DNA of 64,000 bases, from contig CAYOPW010000003.1 in the NCBI GenBank assembly GCA_964405975.1, positions 1,354 through 65,353 on the forward strand. Reading direction: 5' to 3'. Position numbers and translations under genes: made by a program. This stretch comes from an uncultured Hyphomicrobium sp. (GTDB lineage Bacteria; Pseudomonadota; Alphaproteobacteria; Rhizobiales; Hyphomicrobiaceae). Shown here piece after piece: positions 18,114 through 27,228 of this stretch. The notes beneath the pieces are model-generated. The model made no database searches. It saw only the letters and a list, made by a program, of their open reading frames with translations, and was not told where the DNA came from. Each line of letters begins with the position of its first letter. Positions within the stretch are counted from its first letter, which is position 1.

Positions 18114-18163
18114 CGTAAGCCCATCTTGATTCTCATTCTTTCTCTCTATAGCGGTAACGCCTC

Positions 18164-19195
18164 ATGGTCGCCGTCAAGGCTCATCAGGCTCAAAACTTTC
18201 TCAAGCCGCCTGGTCCACGCCAGTCCGCCATACTGTTTTATGGAACGGATGCCGGTCTCGTCGCCGAGCGTGCGCGCGCGCTTGCGACTTTGATTGCGCA
18301 GCGCGAGGAACCGCCCGGGGAAATTATTCGCCTCGACGATGCCGACCTCGACTCAGATCCTGACCGCCTCGCCGTTGAGCTGCAAACCTTGCCGATGTTC
18401 GGGAGCTCCAAGATCGTACGCGCAACGACAGGTCGGCGGATCGGAACAGCAGCCATCAAACCGCTGCTTGAGGAAGATACACTTGCTTCGACGTTGATCA
18501 TCGAAGCGGGAAATTTGCGTCCTAACGACTCTCTGCGATCTCTATTCGAGAAATCAAATAAAGCAGCCGCTGTCGCGTGTTATCCCGATGAGGCTCACGA
18601 TCTTGAATCGCTCATCACTCAAACGCTGAAATCGTACGGTCTCACAATCGATCCCGAAGCACGCGAACTCCTCCTGGCTCGCATCGGCGCAGACCGGGCG
18701 TTGTCGCGCGGTGAAATTGAAAAGCTTGCGCTCTTTGCCAAGGGCAAGGCACAGGTCGATGCCGGCGACATTGACGCCATCGTCGGAGATGCTTCTGAGC
18801 TTGCTATCGACAAGGTCGTAAGCGCTGCGGCTTCAGGCGACTCGGCGCGTGCTGTCAGCGAATTCGCACGTGCATTGGCTTCCGGACAGGACGCGCAAGT
18901 TATCCTCCTGGCCCTTCAGCGATACATCCAGCGCTTGCACCGCATTCGCTGCGAGCTTGACGCGGGCCGCTCGTTTGACGAGGTATTGCGGCAATCCCGG
19001 CCGCCAATCCACTTTAAGCAAAAGGACGCGATCGCCCGGCAAACACGCGCCTGGTCGTCTCAACGTCTTGCCGAGGCTATCCATCGCGCCGGTCGCGCAG
19101 CAAAGTCCGCTCGCCTTTCCGGCGCGCTCCACGAGGCAATAACCGAACAACTGCTACTCGATTTGGCTACAACTGCCCGTGCGGCCCGGCGCTAG
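18164..19195 (+). CDS. holA: DNA polymerase III subunit delta
   Basis: 343 aa. The N-terminal ILFYGTDAGLV motif and overall HolA-like layout fit, as does the conserved position after lptE. Confidence 0.8.
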   Translation: MVAVKAHQAQNFLKPPGPRQSAILFYGTDAGLVAERARALATLIAQREEPPGEIIRLDDADLDSDPDRLAVELQTLPMFGSSKIVRATTGRRIGTAAIKPLLEEDTLASTLIIEAGNLRPNDSLRSLFEKSNKAAAVACYPDEAHDLESLITQTLKSYGLTIDPEARELLLARIGADRALSRGEIEKLALFAKGKAQVDAGDIDAIVGDASELAIDKVVSAAASGDSARAVSEFARALASGQDAQVILLALQRYIQRLHRIRCELDAGRSFDEVLRQSRPPIHFKQKDAIARQTRAWSSQRLAEAIHRAGRAAKSARLSGALHEAITEQLLLDLATTARAARR

Positions 19196-19282
19196 AAGCA
19201 AAAGCGGCTCTGTTTCTCAGCGCAAACTTGCCCCTTGGCCGTCGCTGCCTATAGTGCGCGGCACTTCAGCCTTGGGGACATC

Positions 19283-20281
19283 ATGACCGACACACGCTAC
19301 GACGTCGTTGGCATTGGCAACGCAATCGTCGACATCATTGGCCGCTGCGACGACGCATTTCTTGAGCGCCACGGCGCTCCCAAGAGTCACATGCGCCTGG
19401 TCGATGCCGCGACTATCGAAACGCTTTACACTACGATGGGGCCCGGTATCGAGGTCTCGGGCGGTTCGGCCGCAAACACAATGGTAGGGCTCGCTTCCCT
19501 TGGTGGCAGCGCTGCCTTCATTGGCAAGATCGCCGATGATGAGTTTGGCCGCATTTTCGCGCACGACATTCGTGCTGCCAACGTCGCTTTCACGACCGCT
19601 CCCGCTGTGGGCAAAGCCCCGACATCTCGCTCGCTCATTCTCGTGACACCCGACGGCGAACGCACGATGAATACCTTTCTGGGCATCAGTACCGATCTTG
19701 ATCAAGGCGAAGTCGACCCGGCGCTAATAGAGTCTTCTGCGATCATTTATCTTGAGGGTTATTTATTCGACCAGCCCGAGGCCAAAACGGCATTTCGCCA
19801 AGCGGCAAGCGTTGCTGCCAAAGCTGAACGCAAGGTCGCGCTAACACTGTCCGATGGATTTTGCGTCGATCGACATCGCGCCGAATTTTTGGAACTCATT
19901 CGCTCAAGCGTCGATATCCTATTTGCCAACGAAAGCGAGATTACCGCGCTTTATGAGACATCAAACTTTGACCAGGCGGCGAAGCGAGCCGCGTCTGATA
20001 GTAAGCTCGCTGTTCTCACGCGCAGCGCCCAAGGCTCTCTCATTCTCTCTGGTGACGAAAACATATCCATTCCCGTCGTGCCGGTTGAGAATGTCGTGGA
20101 TCTCACAGGCGCTGGCGACCTTTATGCGGCCGGTTTTTTGTTTGGTCTGACGCAAGGTCTGTCTTTGGAAACCGCGGGTAGGATTGGCAGCCTTGCTGCA
20201 TCCGAGATTATTTCCCATGTCGGCGCACGGCCTGAAAAGCCTCTCGACACTCTGGCGCGCGCCAATGGTCTGCTGACCTGA
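19283..20281 (+). CDS. PfkB-family carbohydrate/nucleoside kinase (adenosine kinase-like)
   Basis: VVGIGNAIVDI, GGSAANT, and the C-terminal VVDLTGAGDLYAAGFLFG (PfkB signature 2). Start trimmed to ATG 19283. Confidence 0.85.
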   Translation: MTDTRYDVVGIGNAIVDIIGRCDDAFLERHGAPKSHMRLVDAATIETLYTTMGPGIEVSGGSAANTMVGLASLGGSAAFIGKIADDEFGRIFAHDIRAANVAFTTAPAVGKAPTSRSLILVTPDGERTMNTFLGISTDLDQGEVDPALIESSAIIYLEGYLFDQPEAKTAFRQAASVAAKAERKVALTLSDGFCVDRHRAEFLELIRSSVDILFANESEITALYETSNFDQAAKRAASDSKLAVLTRSAQGSLILSGDENISIPVVPVENVVDLTGAGDLYAAGFLFGLTQGLSLETAGRIGSLAASEIISHVGARPEKPLDTLARANGLLT

Positions 20282-20508
20282 GAAGGGATATGCAAGACGG
20301 CAGATGGCGTTCCTGCCTACAATTTGGCGTCAGTTGTTCTTCCGAGCATGATCACTTCAGGTATTGGATACAAGTTATTGGATGCATTTTCGCAACATTA
20401 GGTCTCAATTGTCGCCCGTAGTGCCCTGATAGCTATTTATTATCCTTGGTCCGGACTCGTCTCGTCCACACAATTGCCAGCAACGAATCGATTGGCACGG
20501 GATTGAAC

Positions 20509-21045
20509 ATGGCCAGCGCAACTGCGCGCCAAGGGCGTCCGAAGGGAAGCGGCATCGACGATAGTCAGCAGCTCGCTCGCATTGCCGCGCTGCTCGCCGC
20601 CGACCCCAAGCTCAAGCCCACAACAGCTATTCGGTCGCTCGGCATCGAGGACCCCTCACTCATCCGGCGGCTACGCGACAAGTACCGCGCCAAGCGGGCC
20701 GTACTGGAAGCTGGCGCCCGTCAAAAGGCGACGACGAATCCAAAGCAGAAGGCCGGGACCGCCGGCGTGGAGAATCCAAAGACGCCAGCACTTGCTGCTA
20801 CGGCTTCGACTTCGCGTTCGACACCAAACACAGATTGGAGCTCAGCGTCGGCTGATATTTTTGTCGCCTGGTGCGGCTTCGGTTTGGACGCGGTCAGTGC
20901 AGCGATCGAGAATCAACACGCGGTTGCTCAATACCTGATGCGTCAGCCGTGCGTTAGCTTGGCGATCAAAAGCCAGCTTCTGCTCAATGAATTTGCACTC
21001 ACTATTTGCAAGCGTAACCGACGACGAACACTGCACGTCAACTAG
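20509..21045 (+). CDS. hypothetical protein with N-terminal AT-hook-like/resolvase-type HTH segment
   Basis: MASATARQGRPKGSGIDDSQQLARIAALLAADPKLKPTTAIRSLGIEDPSLIRRLRDKY resembles a Hin/resolvase-type HTH preceded by an RGRP motif. A low-complexity linker and an unknown C-terminal region follow. A strong terminator lies directly downstream. Confidence 0.55.
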   Translation: MASATARQGRPKGSGIDDSQQLARIAALLAADPKLKPTTAIRSLGIEDPSLIRRLRDKYRAKRAVLEAGARQKATTNPKQKAGTAGVENPKTPALAATASTSRSTPNTDWSSASADIFVAWCGFGLDAVSAAIENQHAVAQYLMRQPCVSLAIKSQLLLNEFALTICKRNRRRTLHVN

Positions 21046-21094
21046 AGCGAGTGATTAGACCGACCCGTTGTGAAGCTAGAGCGCGTTACTTTAT

Positions 21095-21125
21095 GGGCCG
21101 CCGCCCCAGGCGGCCCCGTTTTTTT
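21095..21125 (+). terminator. rho-independent terminator
   Basis: GGGCCGCC-gcccca-GGCGGCCC is followed by CG plus seven T. The T-run overlaps the coaA stop codon on the other strand. Confidence 0.8.
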
Positions 21126-22104
21126 AAAGCTTGCGCAAAGCCACCGATTCCACATGGTGATCGGCGCTTTTTCGTAAGATGAGCCCCGCGCGCTGCCGCG
21201 TTGGAAGAATATGCTCTTCCAAATTCTTCAAATTTATCGTGTTCCATATCTCGGTTGCGCGCGCGCGTGCGTCATCGTGCGATAAATTTACATACTGGTG
21301 GAAGTAAGCACCCGGATCACGAAAGGCCGTATTACGCAGGCGCATGAAGCGCGTCACGTACCAATCGCGGATCACCTCTGGCTCAGCATCCAGGTAGATC
21401 GAAAAATCGAAGAAGTCCGACACGAACGGAATCGCCTCGCCGCCGCGCGGCATACTTGCGGGCTGCAGTACGTTGAGTCCTTCTACAATTAATATGTCCG
21501 GCGACTCGATGACCGTCGTTTGATCGGCCAGGATGTCATAGTGAAAATGCGAGTAGATAGGAGCCTTTACGTGCTTCACGCCAGACTTCACATCGGCGAG
21601 AAAGTTGAGCAACCGCGCCGTATCGAAACTCTCGGGGAAGCCCTTGCGGTTCATGATTTGCCGGCGTTCAAGCTCCGCGTTCGGCAACAAGAAACCATCG
21701 GTCGTGATCAGCTCGACGCGGGGATGATCGGGCCACCGCGCCAGTAGCGCCTTCAAAACGCGCGCTGTTGTGCTTTTTCCGACCGCCACTGATCCCGCAA
21801 CACCGAGAATAAACGGAACCTTGCCATCGTCGCGGCTAAGGAATTTCGAGGTGACTGCATGTAGCTGCTGCGAGGCGGCGACATAGAGATTGAGAAGGCG
21901 CGACATCGGCAAATAAATCTCTTCGACCTCAGCAACCGACAGCTCCTCGATAATGCCTGAGAGTTGCTCCAGCTCGCTTTCGAGCAGCGTCATCGGCGTG
22001 TCTGCGCGCAGTCGCGACCACTCCTCGCGATCGAACACGCGATAGGGGGAAAACTGCAAATTGGCGGGATAGGCCATGACGTTTGAAATCGCGCCGTGAA
22101 ACAC
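21124..22104 (-). CDS. coaA: type I pantothenate kinase
   Basis: Collinear with E. coli CoaA, including [21 protein letters not shown] (P-loop), [22 protein letters not shown], and [12 protein letters not shown]. The start is either GTG 22104 or ATG 22077. Confidence 0.93.
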   Translation of the reverse strand: MFHGAISNVMAYPANLQFSPYRVFDREEWSRLRADTPMTLLESELEQLSGIIEELSVAEVEEIYLPMSRLLNLYVAASQQLHAVTSKFLSRDDGKVPFILGVAGSVAVGKSTTARVLKALLARWPDHPRVELITTDGFLLPNAELERRQIMNRKGFPESFDTARLLNFLADVKSGVKHVKAPIYSHFHYDILADQTTVIESPDILIVEGLNVLQPASMPRGGEAIPFVSDFFDFSIYLDAEPEVIRDWYVTRFMRLRNTAFRDPGAYFHQYVNLSHDDARARATEIWNTINLKNLEEHILPTRQRAGLILRKSADHHVESVALRKL

Positions 22105-22121
22105 TCAGCGTTTAAGTTACA

Positions 22122-22448
22122 TCACCGCCGCGTGCGGCTCGCTTTTTCTTCCAGTCCCGAAGTGCCGCTCCGCCGCTCAAGAACACCAAGCACACCCTCA
22201 AGCGATACGCCGCGGCTCTCCAAAAGAACCAACAGATGATAGAGCAAGTCGGCCGCTTCTTCCGTGAGCTTGTCTTCGCTTTCGCTGGTCGCCGCGATGA
22301 CCGTCTCAATCGCTTCTTCGCCAAACTTCTTGGCGCAGCCGGCCGGGCCAGCATCGAGAAGTTGCCGGGTGTAGGAGGAGCCAGTTGCGGCGGCGGTGCG
22401 GCGGGCGCGTATCGTTGCCGCGAGGCGCTTCAAAATATCATCGCTCAT
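22122..22448 (-). CDS. hisE: phosphoribosyl-ATP pyrophosphatase
   Basis: 108 aa. SYTRQLLDAGPAGCAKKFGEEAIETVIA...EAADLLYHLLVLL is the HisE signature. Confidence 0.9.
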   Translation of the reverse strand: MSDDILKRLAATIRARRTAAATGSSYTRQLLDAGPAGCAKKFGEEAIETVIAATSESEDKLTEEAADLLYHLLVLLESRGVSLEGVLGVLERRSGTSGLEEKASRTRR

Positions 22449-22534
22449 GGCAGGTCTCGACGGCTGCACAGGGACCTTGCTGCGCCCGGCTCATGCAGCA
22501 AAAATGCCGCGCCGTCAAGCACTTATACCCTCGA

Positions 22535-23419
22535 CTACTCGCCGGGACTACCAACGAGACGCATGCGAATGTAATCAAGCTGATCGAAATTACCGTACTT
22601 GATAATGAGGTTGCCGCTCTCGCCAGAGCCTCGTTTGATCTCAACCTTCAAGCCGAGCACTGCTGACAGTTCGTTCTCGAAGGCGCGGGTGTCGGCATCT
22701 TTTTCACGCGCGCGACGCGTCGAGCCGCCACGGTTGCCGGCCTCATCACCCTCCTGGGCAAGCGCTTCAACCTCGCGCACGTTGAGGTCATGTTCGATGA
22801 TGTGATGCGCCAGTTCCTCGGCGTCATCGCGCCCTATCAAAGCACGCGCGTGACCTGCGGTTAGCTCACCGCTTTCGACCATTGCTTGCACGCCCTCGGG
22901 AAGTTTCAACAGTCGCAGCGTGTTGGCCACGTGACTGCGACTCTTGCCGATGATCTCGGAGAGTTGCTCCTGGCTATAGTCGAAACGTTCGACCAGTTCG
23001 CGATAACCTGCCGCCTCTTCGATGGCGTTGAGATCGGCGCGCTGCACGTTCTCAATGATCGCGAGCTCAAGAACCTCTTTGTCGTCGAGATCGCGCGCGA
23101 TGACGGGAACAGTGTGCAGTCCGGCCTTCTGCGCCGCGCGCCAACGCCGCTCGCCAGCAACAATCTCGTAGCCGCCCGCAACCGGCCGAACGATAATCGG
23201 CTGAACCAATCCCTTATTGCGGATCGAGTCAGCGAGTTCGGCTAGCTCTTCGTCGCGGAAGTCCTTGCGAGGATTTAGCCGCCCCGGCCTCAAGTCTGCC
23301 GTGGGAACCACGCGCTGTTCGCCCTCTGGGGGAAGAACCGGCTGTCCCGGCGATGTCGGCTCACCTATGAGCGAAGCCAATCCGCGACCTAGGCGGCCCC
23401 TTGCCAACGGTGCATTCAT
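22535..23419 (-). CDS. parB: chromosome partitioning protein ParB
   Basis: RGRLGRGLASLIG, the ParB box GLVQPIIVRP...YEIVAGERRWRAA, and the HTH SQEQLSEIIGKSRSHVANTLRLLKLP. Start trimmed to ATG 23419. Confidence 0.95.
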   Translation of the reverse strand: MNAPLARGRLGRGLASLIGEPTSPGQPVLPPEGEQRVVPTADLRPGRLNPRKDFRDEELAELADSIRNKGLVQPIIVRPVAGGYEIVAGERRWRAAQKAGLHTVPVIARDLDDKEVLELAIIENVQRADLNAIEEAAGYRELVERFDYSQEQLSEIIGKSRSHVANTLRLLKLPEGVQAMVESGELTAGHARALIGRDDAEELAHHIIEHDLNVREVEALAQEGDEAGNRGGSTRRAREKDADTRAFENELSAVLGLKVEIKRGSGESGNLIIKYGNFDQLDYIRMRLVGSPGE

Positions 23420-23442
23420 TGCGTGTCGTGCCTCTTGTTTTG

Positions 23443-24276
23443 TCAGGCGGCTTTGTGCTGGCGCTCGCGCTCGATGATCTCGGTCGCAAGCTTGATGTAG
23501 GCTTGGCTCCCCGCGCAATCGTAGTCATAGAGCAGGATCGGCTTGCCGTGCGACGGGGCTTCTGCCACCCGCGTATTGCGAGGAATGATCGTCTCGTAGA
23601 CCTTGGTGCCGAAGAAAGCGCGGACGTTCTCCGCTACCTCCCGCGACAACGACGTGCGCGCATCGTGCATGGTCAACACGACACCTTGAATCTCGAGCGA
23701 GGGATTAAGCGTCGCGCGAATCTGGTCGATGGTTTCCTTGAGTTGGGAAATGCCCTCAAGCGCAAAGAACTCGCATTGAACCGGTACCAGGACAGCGTTT
23801 GCCGCCGTCATCGCATTAAGTGTCAGGAGGTTGAGCGACGGCGGGCAGTCAATCAGCGCGTAATTGATGGCCTCTTCCGGCGGCACTGTACGCTGCTGGG
23901 CCAGAAGCTCGCTCAATGCATCGCGTAAGCGAAAGGCGCGGTTTTGGTCGGGTCCAAGCGTGGTGTCGATGCCAACCAAATCCGTATTGGCTGGCACCAC
24001 GTATAGCCCCGGCACCGCTGTTGGCTGCGTCGACTCAATCAATGTCGCCGACCTCGTCAGAACGTCGAATGAGGTCTTGGCACGCGCATCCATGTCGATG
24101 CCAAGCCCCGTCGACGCGTTTCCTTGGGCATCGAGATCGATGACCAGCACCCGCTCGCCAATCGAGGCCAAAGCCGTGCCGAGATTGATTGCCGTCGTCG
24201 TCTTGCCGACGCCGCCCTTTTGATTAGCGATGGCAAGTGTCCGGAGCCCAGAAGCCCCCATTGTCGCGCCCGTCAC
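23443..24276 (-). CDS. parA: chromosome partitioning ATPase ParA
   Basis: The deviant Walker A IANQKGGVGKTTTAINL, in parA-parB operon context. Confidence 0.95.
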   Translation of the reverse strand: MTGATMGASGLRTLAIANQKGGVGKTTTAINLGTALASIGERVLVIDLDAQGNASTGLGIDMDARAKTSFDVLTRSATLIESTQPTAVPGLYVVPANTDLVGIDTTLGPDQNRAFRLRDALSELLAQQRTVPPEEAINYALIDCPPSLNLLTLNAMTAANAVLVPVQCEFFALEGISQLKETIDQIRATLNPSLEIQGVVLTMHDARTSLSREVAENVRAFFGTKVYETIIPRNTRVAEAPSHGKPILLYDYDCAGSQAYIKLATEIIERERQHKAA

Positions 24277-24280
24277 CGTA

Positions 24281-24949
24281 TCAACCCTCCGCTTTGGCTC
24301 TCAACGCGCGAATTACAATGATTTGGCCGTCTTTGTCCGTTTGGCTTGGACACCGTTCAGCCAGAAAATTCCACGACTGGCGTGCCTCATTGAGCTCCGC
24401 CTCTGCCTCGCGGCCCTTATGAAAAAGGCCCACGGTGGAATCTGAGAAGTAAGGTGCGGCCAATTCAAGGAGCCGCGGCATCGGCGCCAGTCCCCGAGCT
24501 GTAATTACGTCAACCGGGCCAACCTTATATTGAGTCGCGGATTTCTCGATTCGCTCAGGATAGATGTCCACAGGTGCCCCGGTCTGACGTCCGACCTCGC
24601 CCAGGAAAGCGGCCTTGCGCGTATCGCTCTCAAGGAGGGTCACATGTGCGCTCTCCTGCTCGGCGACCATGATCGCAATGACAAGCCCCGGAAACCCTGC
24701 ACCGGAGCCCAAGTCGAGCCACCGCTTGGCGCGGGGCGGCGCTAGTTGGAGGATCTGGGCAGAATCGGCAAAGTGGCGCAACCAGATGTGGTCGAGCGTA
24801 CCGGGCCCAACGAGATTCATCGTCTTCTGCCAGGTTCTCAGCAGCGTCTCGTAGGTCCGAAGCCGTGCTAGCGTTTCACGTGAAACGGAAAACAGCCGCG
24901 CAAAGTCTTCCGCACCGCCAACCGACGCCGCGCGTGCCCCATTCATCAC
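24281..24949 (-). CDS. rsmG: 16S rRNA (guanine527-N7)-methyltransferase RsmG (GidB)
   Basis: [28 protein letters not shown] and the SAM motif [13 protein letters not shown] 4-bp ATGA overlap joins it to the end of mnmG. Confidence 0.93.
   Translation of the reverse strand: MMNGARAASVGGAEDFARLFSVSRETLARLRTYETLLRTWQKTMNLVGPGTLDHIWLRHFADSAQILQLAPPRAKRWLDLGSGAGFPGLVIAIMVAEQESAHVTLLESDTRKAAFLGEVGRQTGAPVDIYPERIEKSATQYKVGPVDVITARGLAPMPRLLELAAPYFSDSTVGLFHKGREAEAELNEARQSWNFLAERCPSQTDKDGQIIVIRALRAKAEG
24872..24887. other. parS centromere-like site (inside rsmG)
   Basis: CGTTTCACGTGAAACG is a perfect 16-bp palindrome. It matches the parS consensus TGTTTCACGTGAAACA at 14 of 16 positions, mismatching only at the two outermost positions. 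Confidence 0.8.
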
Positions 24950-26817
24950 GCAGATTTCCGGGCCGGCTGCGCTTTGAGCTGCGCAAGGAGCAACAAAAGG
25001 GCCGCCGGCGTCACGCCATCAATTCGGGCGGCCTGGGCAAGCGTGGCCGGACGATGGCGGGTCAATTTCTGACGTATCTCAGTCGAGAGGCCGGGCAAAC
25101 TGCTAAAGTCCAACTCAGGCGGTATACGCAGGGCCTCGTCCTTGCGCAGGGCTTCCACGTCGAGTTCCTGACGGCGCACATAGGATGCGTAGCGCGCATC
25201 GACTTCGATCTGAGCAGCAATTAGAGGTGCTATTTGGCCGATCTCCGGCCAGATAGCTGCGAGCTGGCCAAGTTCGATATTGGGCAGCGCCAACAAATCA
25301 AAGGCGCTGCGCCGGCGCCCGTCTTTATTAACGTCGATGCCATGCCGGCCAGCCTCGGTCGGTGTGAGCGTCAGCGACTGCAACATGGACGTCGCCTCGC
25401 CAAGCGCCACCGACTTAGCCTCAAACGCCTGCCGTCGCGATTTGCTGACACAACCCAAAGCGATCCCCTGTGGCGTCAGCCGCTGATCGGCATTGTCTGC
25501 ACGCAACCGCAGCCTGTATTCGGCGCGCGAGGTGAACATACGATAGGGCTCGCTGACACCGCGTGTGACGAGATCATCGATCATGACGCCCAGATAACTG
25601 TCCGCCCGCGATAGAATGAAATCTTTGTCGGAGCCGCCGGCGGCAAGGGCAGCGTTGATCCCGGCGGCAATGCCTTGCGCGCCGGCTTCTTCGTAACCCG
25701 TGGTACCGTTAATCTGACCTGCGAGATACAACCCGGGCAGCTTCTTGACCTCCAAAGTGAGCGACAGCTCACGGGGGTCCACGTAGTCGTACTCGATGGC
25801 ATAACCCGGCCGCTTGATAACGGCTTGCCTAAGGCCCGGCATGGTTCGCACGAAGGCCTGTTGTACGTCGGCGGGGAGCGAGGTCGACACCCCATTAGGA
25901 TAGATGGTGTCATCGTCGAGCCCCTCCGGCTCGAGAAATACCTGATGCGCGCTCCGGTCGGCAAAGCGCACCACCTTGTCCTCAATCGACGGGCAGTAGC
26001 GAGGACCTGTGCTCTCGATCTGACCGGAGTAGATGGCCGAGCGGTCCAGATTCGCGCGGATGATGGCGTGCGTCTCTGGTGTGGTTCGCGTGATCGCGCA
26101 GGCGATCTGAGGCGTGGTAATCCGCTCCGTTAGAAACGAGAACGGCACCGGCGGATCGTCGCCCGGCTGTCGCTCCAGCCCCTCCCAATCGATTGAAGAG
26201 GCACTGAGCCGCGGCGGGGTCCCAGTCTTAAGCCTCCCAAGTTGCAGCCCCAACGCGTAAAGCCGCTCGGACAACTTGAGTGCCGGCGCTTCACCAGATC
26301 GTCCTGCCGGGATTTTTTGCTCACCGAGGTGAATAAGCCCGTTGAGGAACGTGCCCGTTGTCAGGACCACACTCCAGGCTCCGAGGCTCCGTCCGTCCCC
26401 GGTCAGAACGCCGGCTGCGCGGCCATCAACGACAATTAGATCCTCAACACCGCCCTCGATGATCTCAAGGTTGTCTATCCCATCGATCTCAGCCTGCATC
26501 GCCCGGCGATAAAGCTTTCGGTCGGTTTGCGCGCGCGGCCCGTGCACCGCCGGCCCCTTTGAGCGGTTGAGAAGGCGGAATTGGATGCCCGCCGCGTCGG
26601 CAACGCGCCCCATCAGACCATCGAGAGCATCGATCTCGCGCACAAGGTGTCCCTTACCCAGCCCGCCGATCGCTGGGTTGCAGGACATCTCTCCTACCGT
26701 CGCGAAGGTATGCGTCACCAGCGCCGTCCTTGCGCCCATGCGTGCCGCGGCCGATGCGGCCTCGCACCCGGCATGGCCGCCGCCCACAACGATCACATCG
26801 AAGGTCTTTTCGTGCAT
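24946..26817 (-). CDS. mnmG: tRNA uridine-5-carboxymethylaminomethyl modification enzyme MnmG (GidA)
   Basis: 623 aa. [16 protein letters not shown] (FAD) and strong collinearity with GidA throughout. Confidence 0.97.
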   Translation of the reverse strand: MHEKTFDVIVVGGGHAGCEAASAAARMGARTALVTHTFATVGEMSCNPAIGGLGKGHLVREIDALDGLMGRVADAAGIQFRLLNRSKGPAVHGPRAQTDRKLYRRAMQAEIDGIDNLEIIEGGVEDLIVVDGRAAGVLTGDGRSLGAWSVVLTTGTFLNGLIHLGEQKIPAGRSGEAPALKLSERLYALGLQLGRLKTGTPPRLSASSIDWEGLERQPGDDPPVPFSFLTERITTPQIACAITRTTPETHAIIRANLDRSAIYSGQIESTGPRYCPSIEDKVVRFADRSAHQVFLEPEGLDDDTIYPNGVSTSLPADVQQAFVRTMPGLRQAVIKRPGYAIEYDYVDPRELSLTLEVKKLPGLYLAGQINGTTGYEEAGAQGIAAGINAALAAGGSDKDFILSRADSYLGVMIDDLVTRGVSEPYRMFTSRAEYRLRLRADNADQRLTPQGIALGCVSKSRRQAFEAKSVALGEATSMLQSLTLTPTEAGRHGIDVNKDGRRRSAFDLLALPNIELGQLAAIWPEIGQIAPLIAAQIEVDARYASYVRRQELDVEALRKDEALRIPPELDFSSLPGLSTEIRQKLTRHRPATLAQAARIDGVTPAALLLLLAQLKAQPARKSA

Positions 26818-27011
26818 TCAGCTTACCGATCTCTCCAGGTTCCACACTGACCTGTGGCGCCCTGGCTAAGGGAAATCGATGTCTTGGGCAAGCGGCGCGC
26901 CGTAGCCAACTACGGCGGGGAAAACCCCATAGGCGCCTATAACCTGCTTAATACGGTCAGTATCGAGCATCCCCAGTCTTGTGTTCGTAACGAACAGAGC
27001 GAGGGACGCCC

Positions 27012-27197
27012 ATGTCGCGGAGCAAGAAGGCCCGACCCGCCCGATCAGCAATGGCCCGAAACCCGCCTGAAGACTCGTCGCCGGCAAACGATACGCCTGA
27101 AGCGCTGGCCGGATCTACAATCGCGAACTGGCAAGCGCAGATAGCGGCCGCTTTGCGCGACGCCATCGTCAAGCGGCACGAGCGCCCTGAAAAGTGA
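27012..27197 (+). CDS. possible small protein (61 aa), uncertain
   Basis: ATG preceded by GAGGGA at about 6 nt. The product is basic at the N-terminus and acidic/Pro-rich in the middle, and the ORF ends 7 nt before parS. No family was recognised, and two shadow ORFs overlap it on the other strand. Confidence 0.25.
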   Translation: MSRSKKARPARSAMARNPPEDSSPANDTPEALAGSTIANWQAQIAAALRDAIVKRHERPEK

Positions 27198-27203
27198 ACA
27201 AAC

Positions 27204-27219
27204 GGTTTCACGTGAAACA
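27204..27219. other. parS centromere-like site (intergenic, mnmE-mnmG spacer)
   Basis: GGTTTCACGTGAAACA matches the parS consensus at 15 of 16 positions. The 14-bp core GTTTCACGTGAAAC is identical to the site at 24873-24886. Confidence 0.85.
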
Positions 27220-27228
27220 ACGGGGTGG

